Counted from the first letter of the stretch, positions 1 through 14,670 are shown. The stretch is DNA of 31,157 nucleotides from Macrostomum lignano (GCA_002269645.1 NIVC01004091.1:1-31157), one strand, 5' to 3'. Notes: generated by a model from the sequence alone, not told the origin. A program made the numbers and translations.

Positions 1-2242
1 CAGTTACAAAGCCTCAATTATAGATAGGCTAGGGAGGTTGAAGGCAAGACCAGACAAGTCAAGCCAGGCAGCGGAAGATGCTCTCTTTCAGTTTATTCTT
101 TTGGTTATATACAAAATATAACCATAATGGCGTACCATTAAAACTAATAAAAACACTAGGTTATACTTTGAGCTACTAAACAATACTAAGAGTTACTATT
201 AATGGAATAAAAGATTTATTTATGCAGGCACAAAGATGTTTTTTAGCAATTTAGAAAAATAGTCTTATTTATTAAGGCAGTATACATAAAATGATAGGCA
301 GAAAAGTGACTCTTACACTTCTTTTCTCCTCTTCTAGCCTATCATCAGAGCTAGATTCTCTATTAAGCCCTTGAGGTAAAAGTTTTCCAACCCTTGCTAT
401 ACGTAATCTGAATGTGTTTCTTGACTATATAACTGCTAGTGCAGTAATAGTACCATGTAGAGTGTAAAAATCATTGGGAAACAAAATAAACAAAAAATAA
501 AAACCTAGGTTTTTTGCTGGCACTACACTAGGTCTATGTCTAGGATGCAATATGAAATTGTATCCAAGGTCCAAGTTCAAAATGCAATTAAGAAAGATAC
601 TGTACAATAAGGATACTGTCGAATAGACAATAAACTAATAGAACGAGATTTAAGTGGTGCAGAAAGGAAGAGAGGGGAAAGAAGTGAAGGGCCTAAGCCG
701 CGGGTTGAAGTTGTATTTATACTAACAATAATGAACAGGCCAGCCAAATTGTCTGTGGTAAATGAACGGTTACGATAGTCTGTGGGAAAGGCATGGTAGA
801 CAAAGGGAGATGGCTAACTTAAAAGTACAAGGTAATAGAAAGTACAAATATTTGGAGGATGGAAATCCGACAGATACTATAACTTAAGGATACCTTAGCC
901 AAGGTTTTTTTGCTAAGCCTAGTACTAAGATACTAAATTATAGGTCTAACTTGAAGTTGCAATTTTGAAAGTCAAGATAATATAACATCTTTATCATATA
1001 GCTAAAGCATAAACCTAGGAAAGAATTGCTAAATACTAAGAGAAATAATAAGATAACCCAAAAATTAAATAAAAACAATCTTATTTAATAAGATTGCTAA
1101 ATCCTTAGCAATAAGGATAAGGTATCATTAATTTTATTTAAAAACTTCTCAAAACAAATAAAGTTTTATTTTAGACCCTAATTATTATTCTAGGCCTAGG
1201 TTCATTGTCATTGATTGCCTGTGTCCCAAAACCTTGGCTTAGGATCAAAAACCCTAAATTTTTTTGAGTTTCAAATTTATAATAAAGTTTTAATAAATAG
1301 CCCTAGGCCATACTTTGCAGGTATGTGATCAATAAAAAAGAAGTTAGTTAAGGCAGTTAGGGTTATGACTAGCCTAGCTAGAAATCAGATAAGTCTAGAC
1401 CTATGAAGTATTTACTAAGCCTACTAGGTTCCCAGTCAATCAACATTTGTCCTTAGTCATAAGGCCTACCTAGCTGGCCTACTAGTCATAAGTAATGTAA
1501 AAAAATGGTAAATAACCAAAAAATATGACTCAACCACAAAATAATATAATTTAGCTAAGTGTTTTTGGTTACATACTGCAAAATTTTGGAAATTAATAGC
1601 CCTAGGCCTCTGCAAACAGCACATTATGTTGAAAATCATGCAATTCGTCTATCTCACTAATGTATACAAGAATAAAAATCAGCCTTCAACTATTTTCACA
1701 TGAATCAAGAGTGTTATATCCTATATAACAAAGTGTTCCTAGTGGTCCTTGTCATTTTATTATTAGTTATGTTGCATAACATTGACCTAGCAAGTATTGG
1801 AAAATATTTCTAAAATAGTGCTATAAGAAACACGAATTTTTAGTAGTGTTCAATTTAGAACCCAGCAATTACTAGAAGAGAGCCAAAAACAGTATTGTAT
1901 AGATAGGGTCGTTATTGAACTAAAATTATTGTTAAATTTGCTGTCATTACTATGTATTATAATCAATTAAGTTAATAATTAAGTTATTAAGTTAATTTAT
2001 TTTGCTTGTAATAAACCTAAAGTGAAATTATCAGTTAACGATAGTTACTAAAGTCTTAGTTAACAATTTTTATTTTGTGCTTTTTAATTTTGTTTAGTCA
2101 ATTGTTGGGTCAAATTGTTAGTTGCGTATATAGATGCAGATGCATCAGCTTAGAGATATTTCAAAATACAATTAAAAACCCTGCTCCCCACTGCCAGCAG
2201 CGCAGAGACCGCCTTTAAGCAGCAGCTCCTGTCGCCAGTCCC

Positions 2243-5379
<3,137 letters not shown>

Positions 5380-5663
5380 TGGACTCCGGCAATTTGTCAT
5401 GTATTTCATTTCAAATACAATTTATATTTCCTACAGTCGCGGTGCTGCAAAAAAAATCTGTCAACTGCATTTTAGAAAGGAACTTTGATTTTGTAAAATA
5501 CGACAGACAAGTTTTTTGTGCCTTGCTTTTTTCATTTGTTTTGGGGCTGTGATCAGCATCTCCCCTTCATCATGAGCGACCAGCATCTCTTTACCATGAA
5601 TTACAGCAGCTCCTTTTCATCATTAGGGACCATGCAGTATCATTATTTTGCCTGTCACATTAG

Positions 5664-5664
<1 letters not shown>

Positions 5665-5735
<71 letters not shown>

Positions 5736-5796
5736 GTGTCTGTCTGTCTGTCTGTCTATCTGTCTGTCTGCCTGTCTGTCTGTCTGTCTGTTTGTG

Positions 5797-5827
<31 letters not shown>

Positions 5828-5828
5828 G

Positions 5829-5863
<35 letters not shown>

Positions 5864-5928
5864 GTGTCTGTCTGTCTGTCTGTCTATCTGTCTGTCTGCC
5901 TGTCTGTCTGTCTGTCTGTCTGTTTGTG

Positions 5929-5967
<39 letters not shown>

Positions 5968-5973
5968 GTCTGT
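5665..5973 (+). repeat. (TCTG)n microsatellite, ~310 bp
   Basis: Directly visible; it produces the spurious CLSV-repeat ORFs. Confidence 0.98.
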
Positions 5974-6559
5974 ATTTTCTAACTGAATCTGTTTCATTTG
6001 CTCTATGAGATTGTCTGTGAACTCATTTCCGAACGCTTATATCTACTCTGCGACCAAATGTGCTGGGCGCATTTGGAAATGCAACTTGCGACCTGAAAAC
6101 TGCAGCTCTAGGAAACTTCGCTATTATTTCTAGGATGACGGGAACCGCTCGCTGGCTTTTAGTTTTCGGCTACGGCGGGGCTGAGTTGCGTAGCTTAACA
6201 AGGTTTTCATCCCCAGAGGAAAAATTATTTTCAACTGCTTCCGTTACTAGGCAAAACAGCTCACCCATCTCACCCCAGGCTCTTCAACTGAAACGGACTG
6301 CACACGTTAGTGGACACAATTGGATATGGGCTTATCAGGGCTGCAATATGCTTTATTGTTTCAGTGAGAACTTGCAGGCATGAGTCCTTGGGCCCAGTTA
6401 TGCCATCTGTCTCGTACACGATGAGCCCGCGCGTGTCGCATCCCCTCCATGTAGCTGTCGCAACGCCCACGTCCTCAAACTATGGTTTGGCAAAATGCAT
6501 AAAGCAGCTTGCGGAGGCAGAAGCCTCTCTCAATAGAAAAACATTTCAAAGCGCTGACA

Positions 6560-7262
6560 ATGCAGGCCTCATCAATTCTGCCGCTTCTCTGTTGCTGCAT
6601 CGCCTTCGGCTACTCGCTGGCCACCACTGAGTTCACTTTCATGGGCTGCTTTGCAGACAGTGACCCAGGGACCTTGACGGCCTGGCAGGACACTCCACCA
6701 TCGGGCCCTACTCAGTGCAGGGTTTGCTTGTGCCATCCAGCTCGATGACTCTGGGGCTGTGCGACAAAGTCTGCAGCTACGGCAACTTTCACTACTTTGG
6801 AACTCAGTATGCAGAAACATGCTTCTGCAGCAACTTGTACGGCAGGTATGGCTCTGCACCCGGTAGCGACTGCAACATGAACTGCCGTGGCAACGCCTCG
6901 CAAATCTGCGGAGGCGCTCATCGAAATTCCGTGTACCGTCTGGCCCGCTCTCACCCAGGCAAGTGCAACCCAGCTGAGTGTCTTCTCTAGTGGCTAAAGC
7001 CTTTCCAGGATTTTTCTCGCTTATCTTTCTTTCAGTTGCCAAGCGTTTCAACTCTGCTGACCGGGTCTACCTGAACCTGACCTCTGCCGGGCCGATGTAC
7101 CGCACCGTGCAGCCCGTCAGGAGCCTGGCTGACTGTCTGGTTCAATGCGTTGTCAACTGCCAGGCCGTGCTGTTTCACCTGGACGCCTGCCACCTGCTGA
7201 AATTCGCCGTTCTGCCGCACGAGCTGGAGACCGTGGCTGGGGAATTCCTCGTTGGCATCTGA
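6560..7262 (+). pseudogene. Secreted WSC + PAN/apple-like protein, copy 1, with 1-bp frameshift (real lesion or consensus error)
   Basis: ATG 6560. gacccagg at 6662-6669 has CCC where copy 2 has CCCC. Otherwise identical: GC-AG intron 6959-7035, stop 7260-7262. Confidence 0.7.
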
Positions 7263-7269
7263 GGCTCCG

Positions 7270-7648
7270 GACATGAGAATCGGGCACATGAGAATTGGGG
7301 ACTTGAGAATCGGGCACATGCGAATCAGGCACATGAGAATCAGGCACATCAGAATCGGGCACATGAGAATCGGGCACATGCGAATCGGGCACATGAGAAT
7401 CAGGCACATCAGAATCGGGCACATGAGAATTGGCGACTTGAGAATCGGGCACATGAGAATCGGGCACATGCGAATCGGGCACATGAGAATCAGGCACATC
7501 AGAATCGGGCACATGAGAATTGGCGACTTGAGAATCGGGCACATGAGAATTGGTGACTTGAGAATCGGGCACATGAGAATCGGGTACATGCAAATCGGGC
7601 ACATGAGAATTGGGGACTTGAGAATCGAGCACATGAGAATCGGGGACT
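7270..7648 (+). repeat. 15-bp minisatellite (cacatgagaatcggg) right after the WSC stop codon
   Basis: About 25 units; source of the HMRIG / MCPIL / HVPDS pseudo-ORFs. Confidence 0.95.
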
Positions 7649-7685
7649 GCATAACCTGCTGCAGGGAGCCTTGTTTGCTTTAGTT

Positions 7686-8095
7686 AACTCTGTGGTTAAG
7701 CGCTGTGTTTTCAGAGATTTTTTATATTCTAAGCCTTTATCTCTGTGGTTAAGCGTTGTTTTTTAGAAATGTTTGATATTTTAAGCCCGTGTTTATCTCT
7801 GTGGTTAAGCGTTGTTTTTTAGAAATGTTTGATATTTTAAGCCCGTGTTTATCTCTGTGGTTAAGCGTTGTTTTTTAGAAATGTTTGATATTTTAAGCCC
7901 GTGTTTATCTCTGTGGTTAATCGCTATTTTTTAGAAATGCCTGATATTTTAAGCCCGTGTTTATCTGTGTGGTTAATCGCTATTTTTTAGAAATGCCTGA
8001 TATTTTAAGCCCGTGTTTATCTGTGTGGTGAAGAGCTGTGTTTTCAGAAATTTTAGATATTTTAAGCCCGTGTTTATCTCTGCGGTTAAATCTGC
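7686..8095 (+). repeat. 56-bp tandem repeat, ~7-8 units
   Basis: ctctgtggttaagcg...agcccgtgtttat recurs at 7741, 7797, 7853, 7909, 7965, 8021, 8077. Confidence 0.92.
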
Positions 8096-8849
8096 TGCAT
8101 GTTTTGAGCCAAAAAGATACGTCACCAATAAATTTTCAGACTCAAACTCTGTCACACTTGTCAGGTCTCAGAGCTGATTTAAGCAAGCAGATGAGGGGAC
8201 CCAGCTGAGCAATCCACCTGCGGAGAAATACTGTTTGGGAATTTGGTCCCAGAAAATGGGACAAATTTGCTTCTGATTTGGATGAGTTGTTGGGTTTGGG
8301 AGCTGCCACTCTTGAACTGAAAAGAATTTAGATTTAAAAAATTCAGGCGGATTTTATGTGTACATAATTTCGGATGTTCTGTGAAAATTGCAAATTATGC
8401 TGTAAATCAGGTGCAACTCTACAGACTTGATGATCGGTCAGCATGAATGTTCAAGCTTGAGTTGCTCTCGCATACCCATGAGTTCGAAGCTACTCGTAAA
8501 TAGCTGTTCAGGGAACACGGAAGACCTGGAAGACACTTCAGACTCGTTTCCGAAACTGTTCGTCAACATAGGCGGAGAAAAGCTCTCCTCGATAATAAAT
8601 CCTAATCTAAAAAATTCCTCGATAATATCAGAACGTCAGGGCTCGGGTTCGGGGCCTATTTTTCGACATTGACTTCTACTTACTAATCTGATCTATCTAT
8701 CTAGGATAAGCCAACATGGTCGCAAGTTCGAGCCCCCAGCCGTCCGCAACACACACACAAAGCGACGCTGCAGGCAACCCTGGACCAGCGGCCGTTCCTC
8801 ATCGGCCGGTGCCGCGCGACCACCTGACCTACCGGCTGCTGGATGCTGG

Positions 8850-9376
8850 CCCACTTGACCCCACTGACTCGACTGACCCACTGGTCTACTGACCCCACTG
8901 ACTCGACTGACCCACTGGTCTACTGACCCCACTGACGCACTGACCCACTGGTCTGCCGACACCACTGACCTACTGACACCACTGACCTACTGATACCATT
9001 GGCCTACTGACCCACTGGCCTACTGACACCACTGGCTCATTGATCCACTAACACCACTGACACCACTGACCCACTGACACCACTGGCCAACTGACGTTAC
9101 AGACCCACTGACACCAGGGACATCACTCCCAGGGACAGCACTCATCACCAGGGACTGACACCAGGGACCCACTGACACCACGGACATACTGACACCACTG
9201 ACCTACTGACACCACTTACCCACTGACACCATTGACCCACTGACACCACTGACCCACTGAAACCACTGACACCACTGACCCACTGAAACCACTGACCCAC
9301 TGAAACCACTGACCCACTGGCCTACTGAGGCAACTTACCCACTGACTCTGCCACTGACCCACTGAATCCACTGACC
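8850..9376 (+). repeat. Irregular 9-10-bp CCACTGAC/ACCACTGAC array
   Basis: Dozens of (c/a)ccactgac units. Confidence 0.93.
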
Positions 9377-10719
9377 TTATTTTCTATCAAGCGGTGTACA
9401 CACTGGCTAGCGTGAATGCTCGACAAGTGCCATGCAATATGGCCGTGTGTGCTGAGTCGAACACGGGAACTCACACCCGTGAATGCTCGGGCGAATGTTT
9501 GCGCAAGGGCCACGTGAATATCTTTGTAGATATTGGTGATTGGTGTCAGTGTAAAACAGCTCCTTAAACATATTCGCATAAGCCTACTAACAGTGGCAGT
9601 AGAAGCAAATTGCACGCCAAAAATTCGATTCCACCCCCTGGACAGGTCGCTTCGGCTGCCACCTGCGTCAGCTGTCCGAGGACTTCAACTTCACCGTCCA
9701 ACTGCCCGGCCGGTCGTGGAGGGCGGCTCCGCCCCAGTGAAAAAAATGATATGGATTCCATGTGGATTTTTCATATGAAATCCATATGTGCATTTGTCTC
9801 CGTCCATCCATGTGGAATCAAGATATGGATTCCACATGGAAGATCCACATGGAAGTAATTATGTATTTCACATAGAATCCACATTGTCATTGAGTAAGCA
9901 GCCATTATACTGGTTGCCATAATAAATTGTTGCATCCTAAATCTCAAAATAATACCAGATCTCAAAATTTCATACAAACCCCAGATCTCAATACCATATA
10001 AAAGAAACTGAAACACAGATAAAACATTAGCTATAGCCAAAAATATTTCTGCACAAAAATATATTCAAAAAGGATGTATCAATAAGTAAGGTGTATTTAT
10101 GTACAGTAGTGAGTCACTAGCACACAAAGAATAAACACACTGATGTAGATATTGATATCTTTAAAGTTGCGCTGCGCATATGATATAATATATAATTTGA
10201 AATTGACATTGTCAATAGCATTAATTAATTAACAATAATATAATGCACCAGAATTAGAACAGTCAGAAACATGCTGCTGCCAATTGCCAGAATGCTGCTT
10301 CTTCAGGTCAGGTGAGCAACCTTAGAAAAGAAAGGGGTTAAATTACAGAATTTTATAACAGATTGATAACAGATTTTGTAATAGATTTTTATAGATTTTG
10401 ATCTTATAACAGATTTTGATGACAGAAAAAAATCAGTTTATAACTAAAACTTACCATTACTTCACAAAAGGTAGCATTCGAGATATTAAATTCCAATTCC
10501 AAGTAGCTTTGCATGCTTCTTCAAAGGCAAGACCAAGGTGACATCCAAGTTTAAGGATGGGCCATGTAATGTTAGGCTGAAATGAAATAGAAAAATAATT
10601 GTTGCCAATTAAGATTGATAGATAATATTGATATAATTCATAAAACTAATTTAAGGATGAATACTTAATAAAGTTTATTTTAAAATTAACTAGGCCTAAG
10701 TCTTAGGTTTATTTTTTTA

Positions 10720-10830
10720 GCGCAAAGTGTGCATATGCCTTCGCCAGGGGTTAGCGAAATGGGCAGCAATGCCTCCTCGCTGTTTCCAGATGCACAGAGC
10801 CCCCTGCAGCTAAGTCAAGTAAGTCAAGTG
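10720..10830 (+). mobile_element. 5'-truncated SINE-tail relative nested in the CMC element
   Basis: gaaatgggcagcaatgcctc...tgcacagagccccctgcagc is shared with the SINE tail; it ends in taagtcaagtaagtcaagt. Confidence 0.55.
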
Positions 10831-11218
10831 CACCCTAAATCTTAAAATTGTACCTTGAAAACTGAAATTAAAAAGTTGATACAGTTTAGGTGCGATCTCA
10901 TTACCTATTTTTATGTTGAAGCCTTATTTGCATTGCCTTTATATAAGAAAAAAAAGAAACTACATTCTAAGCCTTAAAATCATAAAACCCTAAAAGTGAG
11001 CATAGGGTATGATTTTGCACCTTGTCTCTAGCAAAAAAGAAAACCCTACCTAAGTCAATCAATAAAATAAAATTAATAAAATTAAAATAATAAGTATAAA
11101 AATAATTAATATATGTTTCTATAAATTTAATTTTTTATTTTAAAATTGATTTTAGACTATAAAGTATTTAGGCAAAGCAATGCATGTTTTTCATATTTGC
11201 TGGCCTAGTATGATTAAA

Positions 11219-11580
11219 AGGGGGGCCGTAGCCAAGTAGTAACGCAGCTGCTCTGGTGTGCCAGCGACCCAAGCTCGAATCCAAGTACAGTCATATTAAT
11301 TTGGAGCTGAATTGGAATCTCAGCTTGGCTCTCTGCTCATGCAATTAATGGCCTTGAGAGCCAACCCCCCAAGGCACAGTGAAGTATACATGCCTAACGA
11401 TAAATAAAGCTAGGGCCGCTGTACATTCCTGTATGAGTGTGCTTGCATACATATCCGCACACTTGTGTGCCTGCTTAGGGGAGTCGGCGGAATAGGCAGC
11501 AATGCCTCTTGCCAGTTGTATGCCTATGTCGCTTAAAGTGCGCCAGGGTGCACACAACCCCCTGCCTCTAATAAAAAAAA
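11219..11580 (+). mobile_element. Apparently full-length tRNA-derived SINE nested in the CMC element
   Basis: A-box-like tagccaagtag, B-box-like gctcgaatcc, conserved tail, poly(A) end. 13-bp TSD tagtatgattaaa (11206-11218) / tagtataattaaa (11581-11593). Confidence 0.85.
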
Positions 11581-12820
11581 TAGTATAATTAAACATTAGG
11601 CCTAACCTAAGCCTAAATAGCTATGCCTTATGGCTTAAAATTAAATTCTGGACTTGGCCTAAATCAGATCAAATTTACAATAATCATTCTTTATTTTTAA
11701 TAGCAACCTTAGGGATCTGCTAGGCTAGCTATGCCAAAAGCAAGTTGCAAGTGTAATTGCAAAGAATTATTTATTATAATTAATAATATTGTTTTTAAAA
11801 ATGCAACAAGTCCAAAAGATGCTAACAGACTTTTTTGAAGAAAATCATAAATTAATTGATTTTTAACATATTAACTAGATTGACTAGTCACAATTCACAA
11901 AGTCAAGCTAGTCCTAACCTTAATTAAAATAGAAGGACCTAAATTGATAGTTATAGCAGGCCTAGCTTAAAATACGCCTAATAAGCATACATATAAATAG
12001 ATAGGACTAATAATAGGTAGGACTAAGAGGAAATTATGAACTTCTAAAGGTCTATTTAAGTTAAAAAAATGAGTAGCCAATCTATGGACATGGCCATGGG
12101 ATTTCTAGAAATTGGAGGCCTAGGCCTAAATAAATTTATCATGGATTTTACCAAAAGTATTAGGCCTATCTATGATAAAATACTGATTTATCTAATTTCT
12201 AATCTCATGGAGGCTATGGCCTGATAAGTTATTGCCTATAGGCTAGGTCTACTAAAATTTTTAAGGTGCTTAAATAGCCATAAACAAGGCAATTTATCTT
12301 TCAAGGCCTTGAACCAAAACATTGACGAATATAAAATAAAATTAATTTAATTTTAAAAAGCACGAAGCGTTTTTTATTGTTCACTTCTATTTTGTCTATT
12401 TTAACAAACAGTGTCTTATTTGCCGATTATAATTTAGCTTTAAGATATTAATTTTAACTTAAAAACATATAAATGTAATAATTAATTATAGTAATTTCCT
12501 AAAAATGTCTGAATATGGTGTATCACAGTTTTTTATCGAAGTGGATTCCATGTTGAATCAATATACGCTTATTTCTCATGAATTCCTTGTAAAATCCACA
12601 TCAACATTAGGACAGTAAAAATAAAAAAATAATGCATAAAAAATACTTTGCATACCATTATGTCATCTTTAAGTTAATAATTTGCAAAAAATAAAGAAAC
12701 ATTTAAATTCCACATGGCCACGTGGAACCCACGTGGAATCCATGAATCATTTTTCACTGGGGCACCGGCAGGGACTGTGCGGGTACGCGGAGCCCAGCCC
12801 AGCCGCCGTGGACCCATACG

Positions 12821-13116
12821 GTCTGACCCACACTGTCTGACCCACACTGTCTGACCCACACCGTTTGACCTGCACTTTCTGACCCACACTGCCTGACCCA
12901 CAGTGTCTGACCCACACCATCTGACCTACACTGTCTGACCCACAGTGTCTGACCCACACTGCCTGACGCACAGTGTCTGACCCACACTGTCTGACCCACA
13001 CCGTCTGACCCACACTGCCTGACCCACACTGTCTGACCCACACTGCCTGACGAACAGTGTCTGACCCACAGTGTCTGGCCCACACCATCTGACCTACACT
13101 GTCTGACCCATGTTGA
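12821..13116 (+). repeat. 14-bp minisatellite (gtctgacccacact) starting exactly at a candidate splice donor
   Basis: About 21 units; the first begins at tacg|gtctga (12821). Confidence 0.92.
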
Positions 13117-13839
13117 CCCTCGCAGAATAGGGTCAAAAAGTTATAACATCTCTCCCATTTACCGGTTGTGGACATTTGCTCAGTTATTTGCCTCATCACT
13201 GAACTCACATGCCCGCCCTGTGTTCTTCAGAGCACTCTGTTGCCAGCGAGAACTTCAAGCTCAGTCATTTATAATAAAAAACTTTGGTGACTGCAGGATC
13301 AATTTTTATTTTTGTCAAAAAAACGTTTTTTTCTACTCTCTCAGTAGTGTTTATAGCGTGTATATTACAAAATTCAAACGCTGCTTTACAAGAGCTTCTC
13401 CGTTCTGAGCAAAGCATGCAGTGTCATCCAAGTGAGCATCGCTAAGTACATTAAAAGTACATACTAACCTTCAGATGTGCAGAATCAGTGGCTTCACCTG
13501 TACAGAAACAGTCTTTGTACATTGCAGGATTCTTCATCAAGCCAAAGAAAAAGTTTTGCTAATATTATTATCCAGACCTGGCAGCAATGGCAACCTGCAG
13601 TCAGGCGGTTAAAAAACGGGATCTGACACTTTAGTTGAGACGATTATTTAAAAATATGAAGTTAATGCTGCGATAAACACATCACAAATTCGTTTTTTGC
13701 GATTTTTGCACAGGAGAGGGAAAACCGTGGCCGGCTCGGTGCGTGAGCAACTCGCTGGTGCTCTGGGCGAAACTCTGAAGTTCCTGAACTCGGACTGATC
13801 TGAAATTGAAAGTGCAGAGACAGGTTCTTACAGGCTAGC

Positions 13840-14670
13840 TGACATCCTGACAATCTTACGTCCTGACAGTCTGACATCCTGACAGTCTGACATCCTGACA
13901 GTCTGACATCCTGACAGTCTGACATCCTTACAGTCTGACATCCTGACAGTCTGACATCCTGAGAGTCTGACATCCTGACAGTCTGACATCCTGACAGGCT
14001 GACATCCTGACAGGCTGACATCCTGACAGTCTGGCATCCTGAAAGTCTGACACCCTGACAGTCTGACACCCTGACAGGCTGACATCCTGACAGGCTGACA
14101 TCCTGACAGTCTGGCATCCTGAAAGTCTGACACCCTGACAGTCTGATATCCTGACAGTCTGACATCCTGCCAGTCTGACACCCTGACAGTCTGACATCCT
14201 GACAGTCTGATATCCTGACAGTCTGACATCCTGACAGTCTGACATCCTGACAGTCTGACACCCTGACAGTCTGACATCCTGACAGTCTGACACCCTGACA
14301 GTCTGACATCCTGACAGTCTGACACCCTGACAGTCTGACATCCTGACAGTCTGACATCCTGACAGTCTGACATCCTGACAGTCTGACACCCTGACAGTCT
14401 GACATCCTGACAGTCTGACACCCTGACAGTCTGACATCCTGACAGTCTGACATCCTGACAGTCTGACACCCTGACAGTCTGACATCCTGACAGTCTGATA
14501 TCCTGACAGTCTGACATCCTGACAGTCTGACATCCTGACAGTCTGACACCCTGACAGTCTGACATCCTGACAGTCTGACACCCTGACAGTCTGACATCCT
14601 GACAGTCTGACACCCTGACAGTCTGACATCCTGACAGTCTGACACCCTGACAGTCTGACATCCTGACAGT
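13840..14670. repeat. 16-bp (2 x 8-bp) minisatellite ctgacatcctgacagt, inside a minus-strand intron
   Basis: About 50 units; source of the SDCQDVRLSGCQTVRM pseudo-ORFs. It lies between a donor at 14735 (CAA|GTGAGT) and an acceptor at 13800 (ctttcaatttcag|) on the minus strand. Confidence 0.95.

Larger units (their letters stand above)
9733..12761. mobile_element. Non-autonomous CMC/EnSpm (CACTA-type) DNA transposon, 3,029 bp
   Basis: Left end CCCAGTGAAAAAAATGAT..ATGGATTCCA; right end TGGAATCCAT..ATCATTTTTCACTGGG (inverted). 2-bp TSD GC (9731-9732 / 12762-12763). Clustered subterminal TCCACATGGA/TGGATTCCA motifs at both ends. No intact transposase ORF. Confidence 0.85.
8705..13626 (+). pseudogene. 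Multi-exon Cys-rich (PAN-like?) gene disrupted by a DNA transposon; not in the ORF track
   Basis: Candidate exons: ~8705-8885 (tactaat branch + TAG acceptor; GC3-rich codons in shifting frames, TLDQRPFLIGRC / DHLTYRLLDAGP); ~9392-9535 (VCAESNTGTHTRECSGECLRKGHVNIFVDI); 9646-9732 + 12764-12820 (GRFGCHLRQLSEDFNFTVQLPGRSWRAAP|HRQGLCGYAEPSPAAVDPY); 13475-13626 (tactaac..cag acceptor, phase 1, 49 open codons). Only the split exon is well supported; other boundaries are tentative. Confidence 0.5.

Noticed and set aside
5518-6008. CLSV-repeat ORFs (also 25676-26166)
   Set aside because: Translations of the (TCTG)n microsatellite; all three frames give the same repeat.
6583-6606. LLCCCIAF as the missing CK1-gamma palmitoylation exon
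   Set aside because: It lies within the signal-peptide-like start of the WSC ORF after its own ATG, and no splice path from CK1 is supported.
7032-7683. HMRIG / MCPIL / HVPDS repeat ORFs
   Set aside because: Products of a 15-bp unit with no stop in several frames, located after the WSC stop; no codon or splice evidence.
9322-9761. Minus-strand ORFs 9322-9615 and 9564-9761 as a gene (with donor AAG|GTCAGT at the array)
   Set aside because: Codon bias and the in-frame rejoining across the transposon favour the + strand; these look like shadow frames, although they are not formally excluded.
11221-11295. tRNA gene
   Set aside because: It has A/B-box-like motifs but no complete cloverleaf; it is followed by a SINE body, poly(A) and a TSD.
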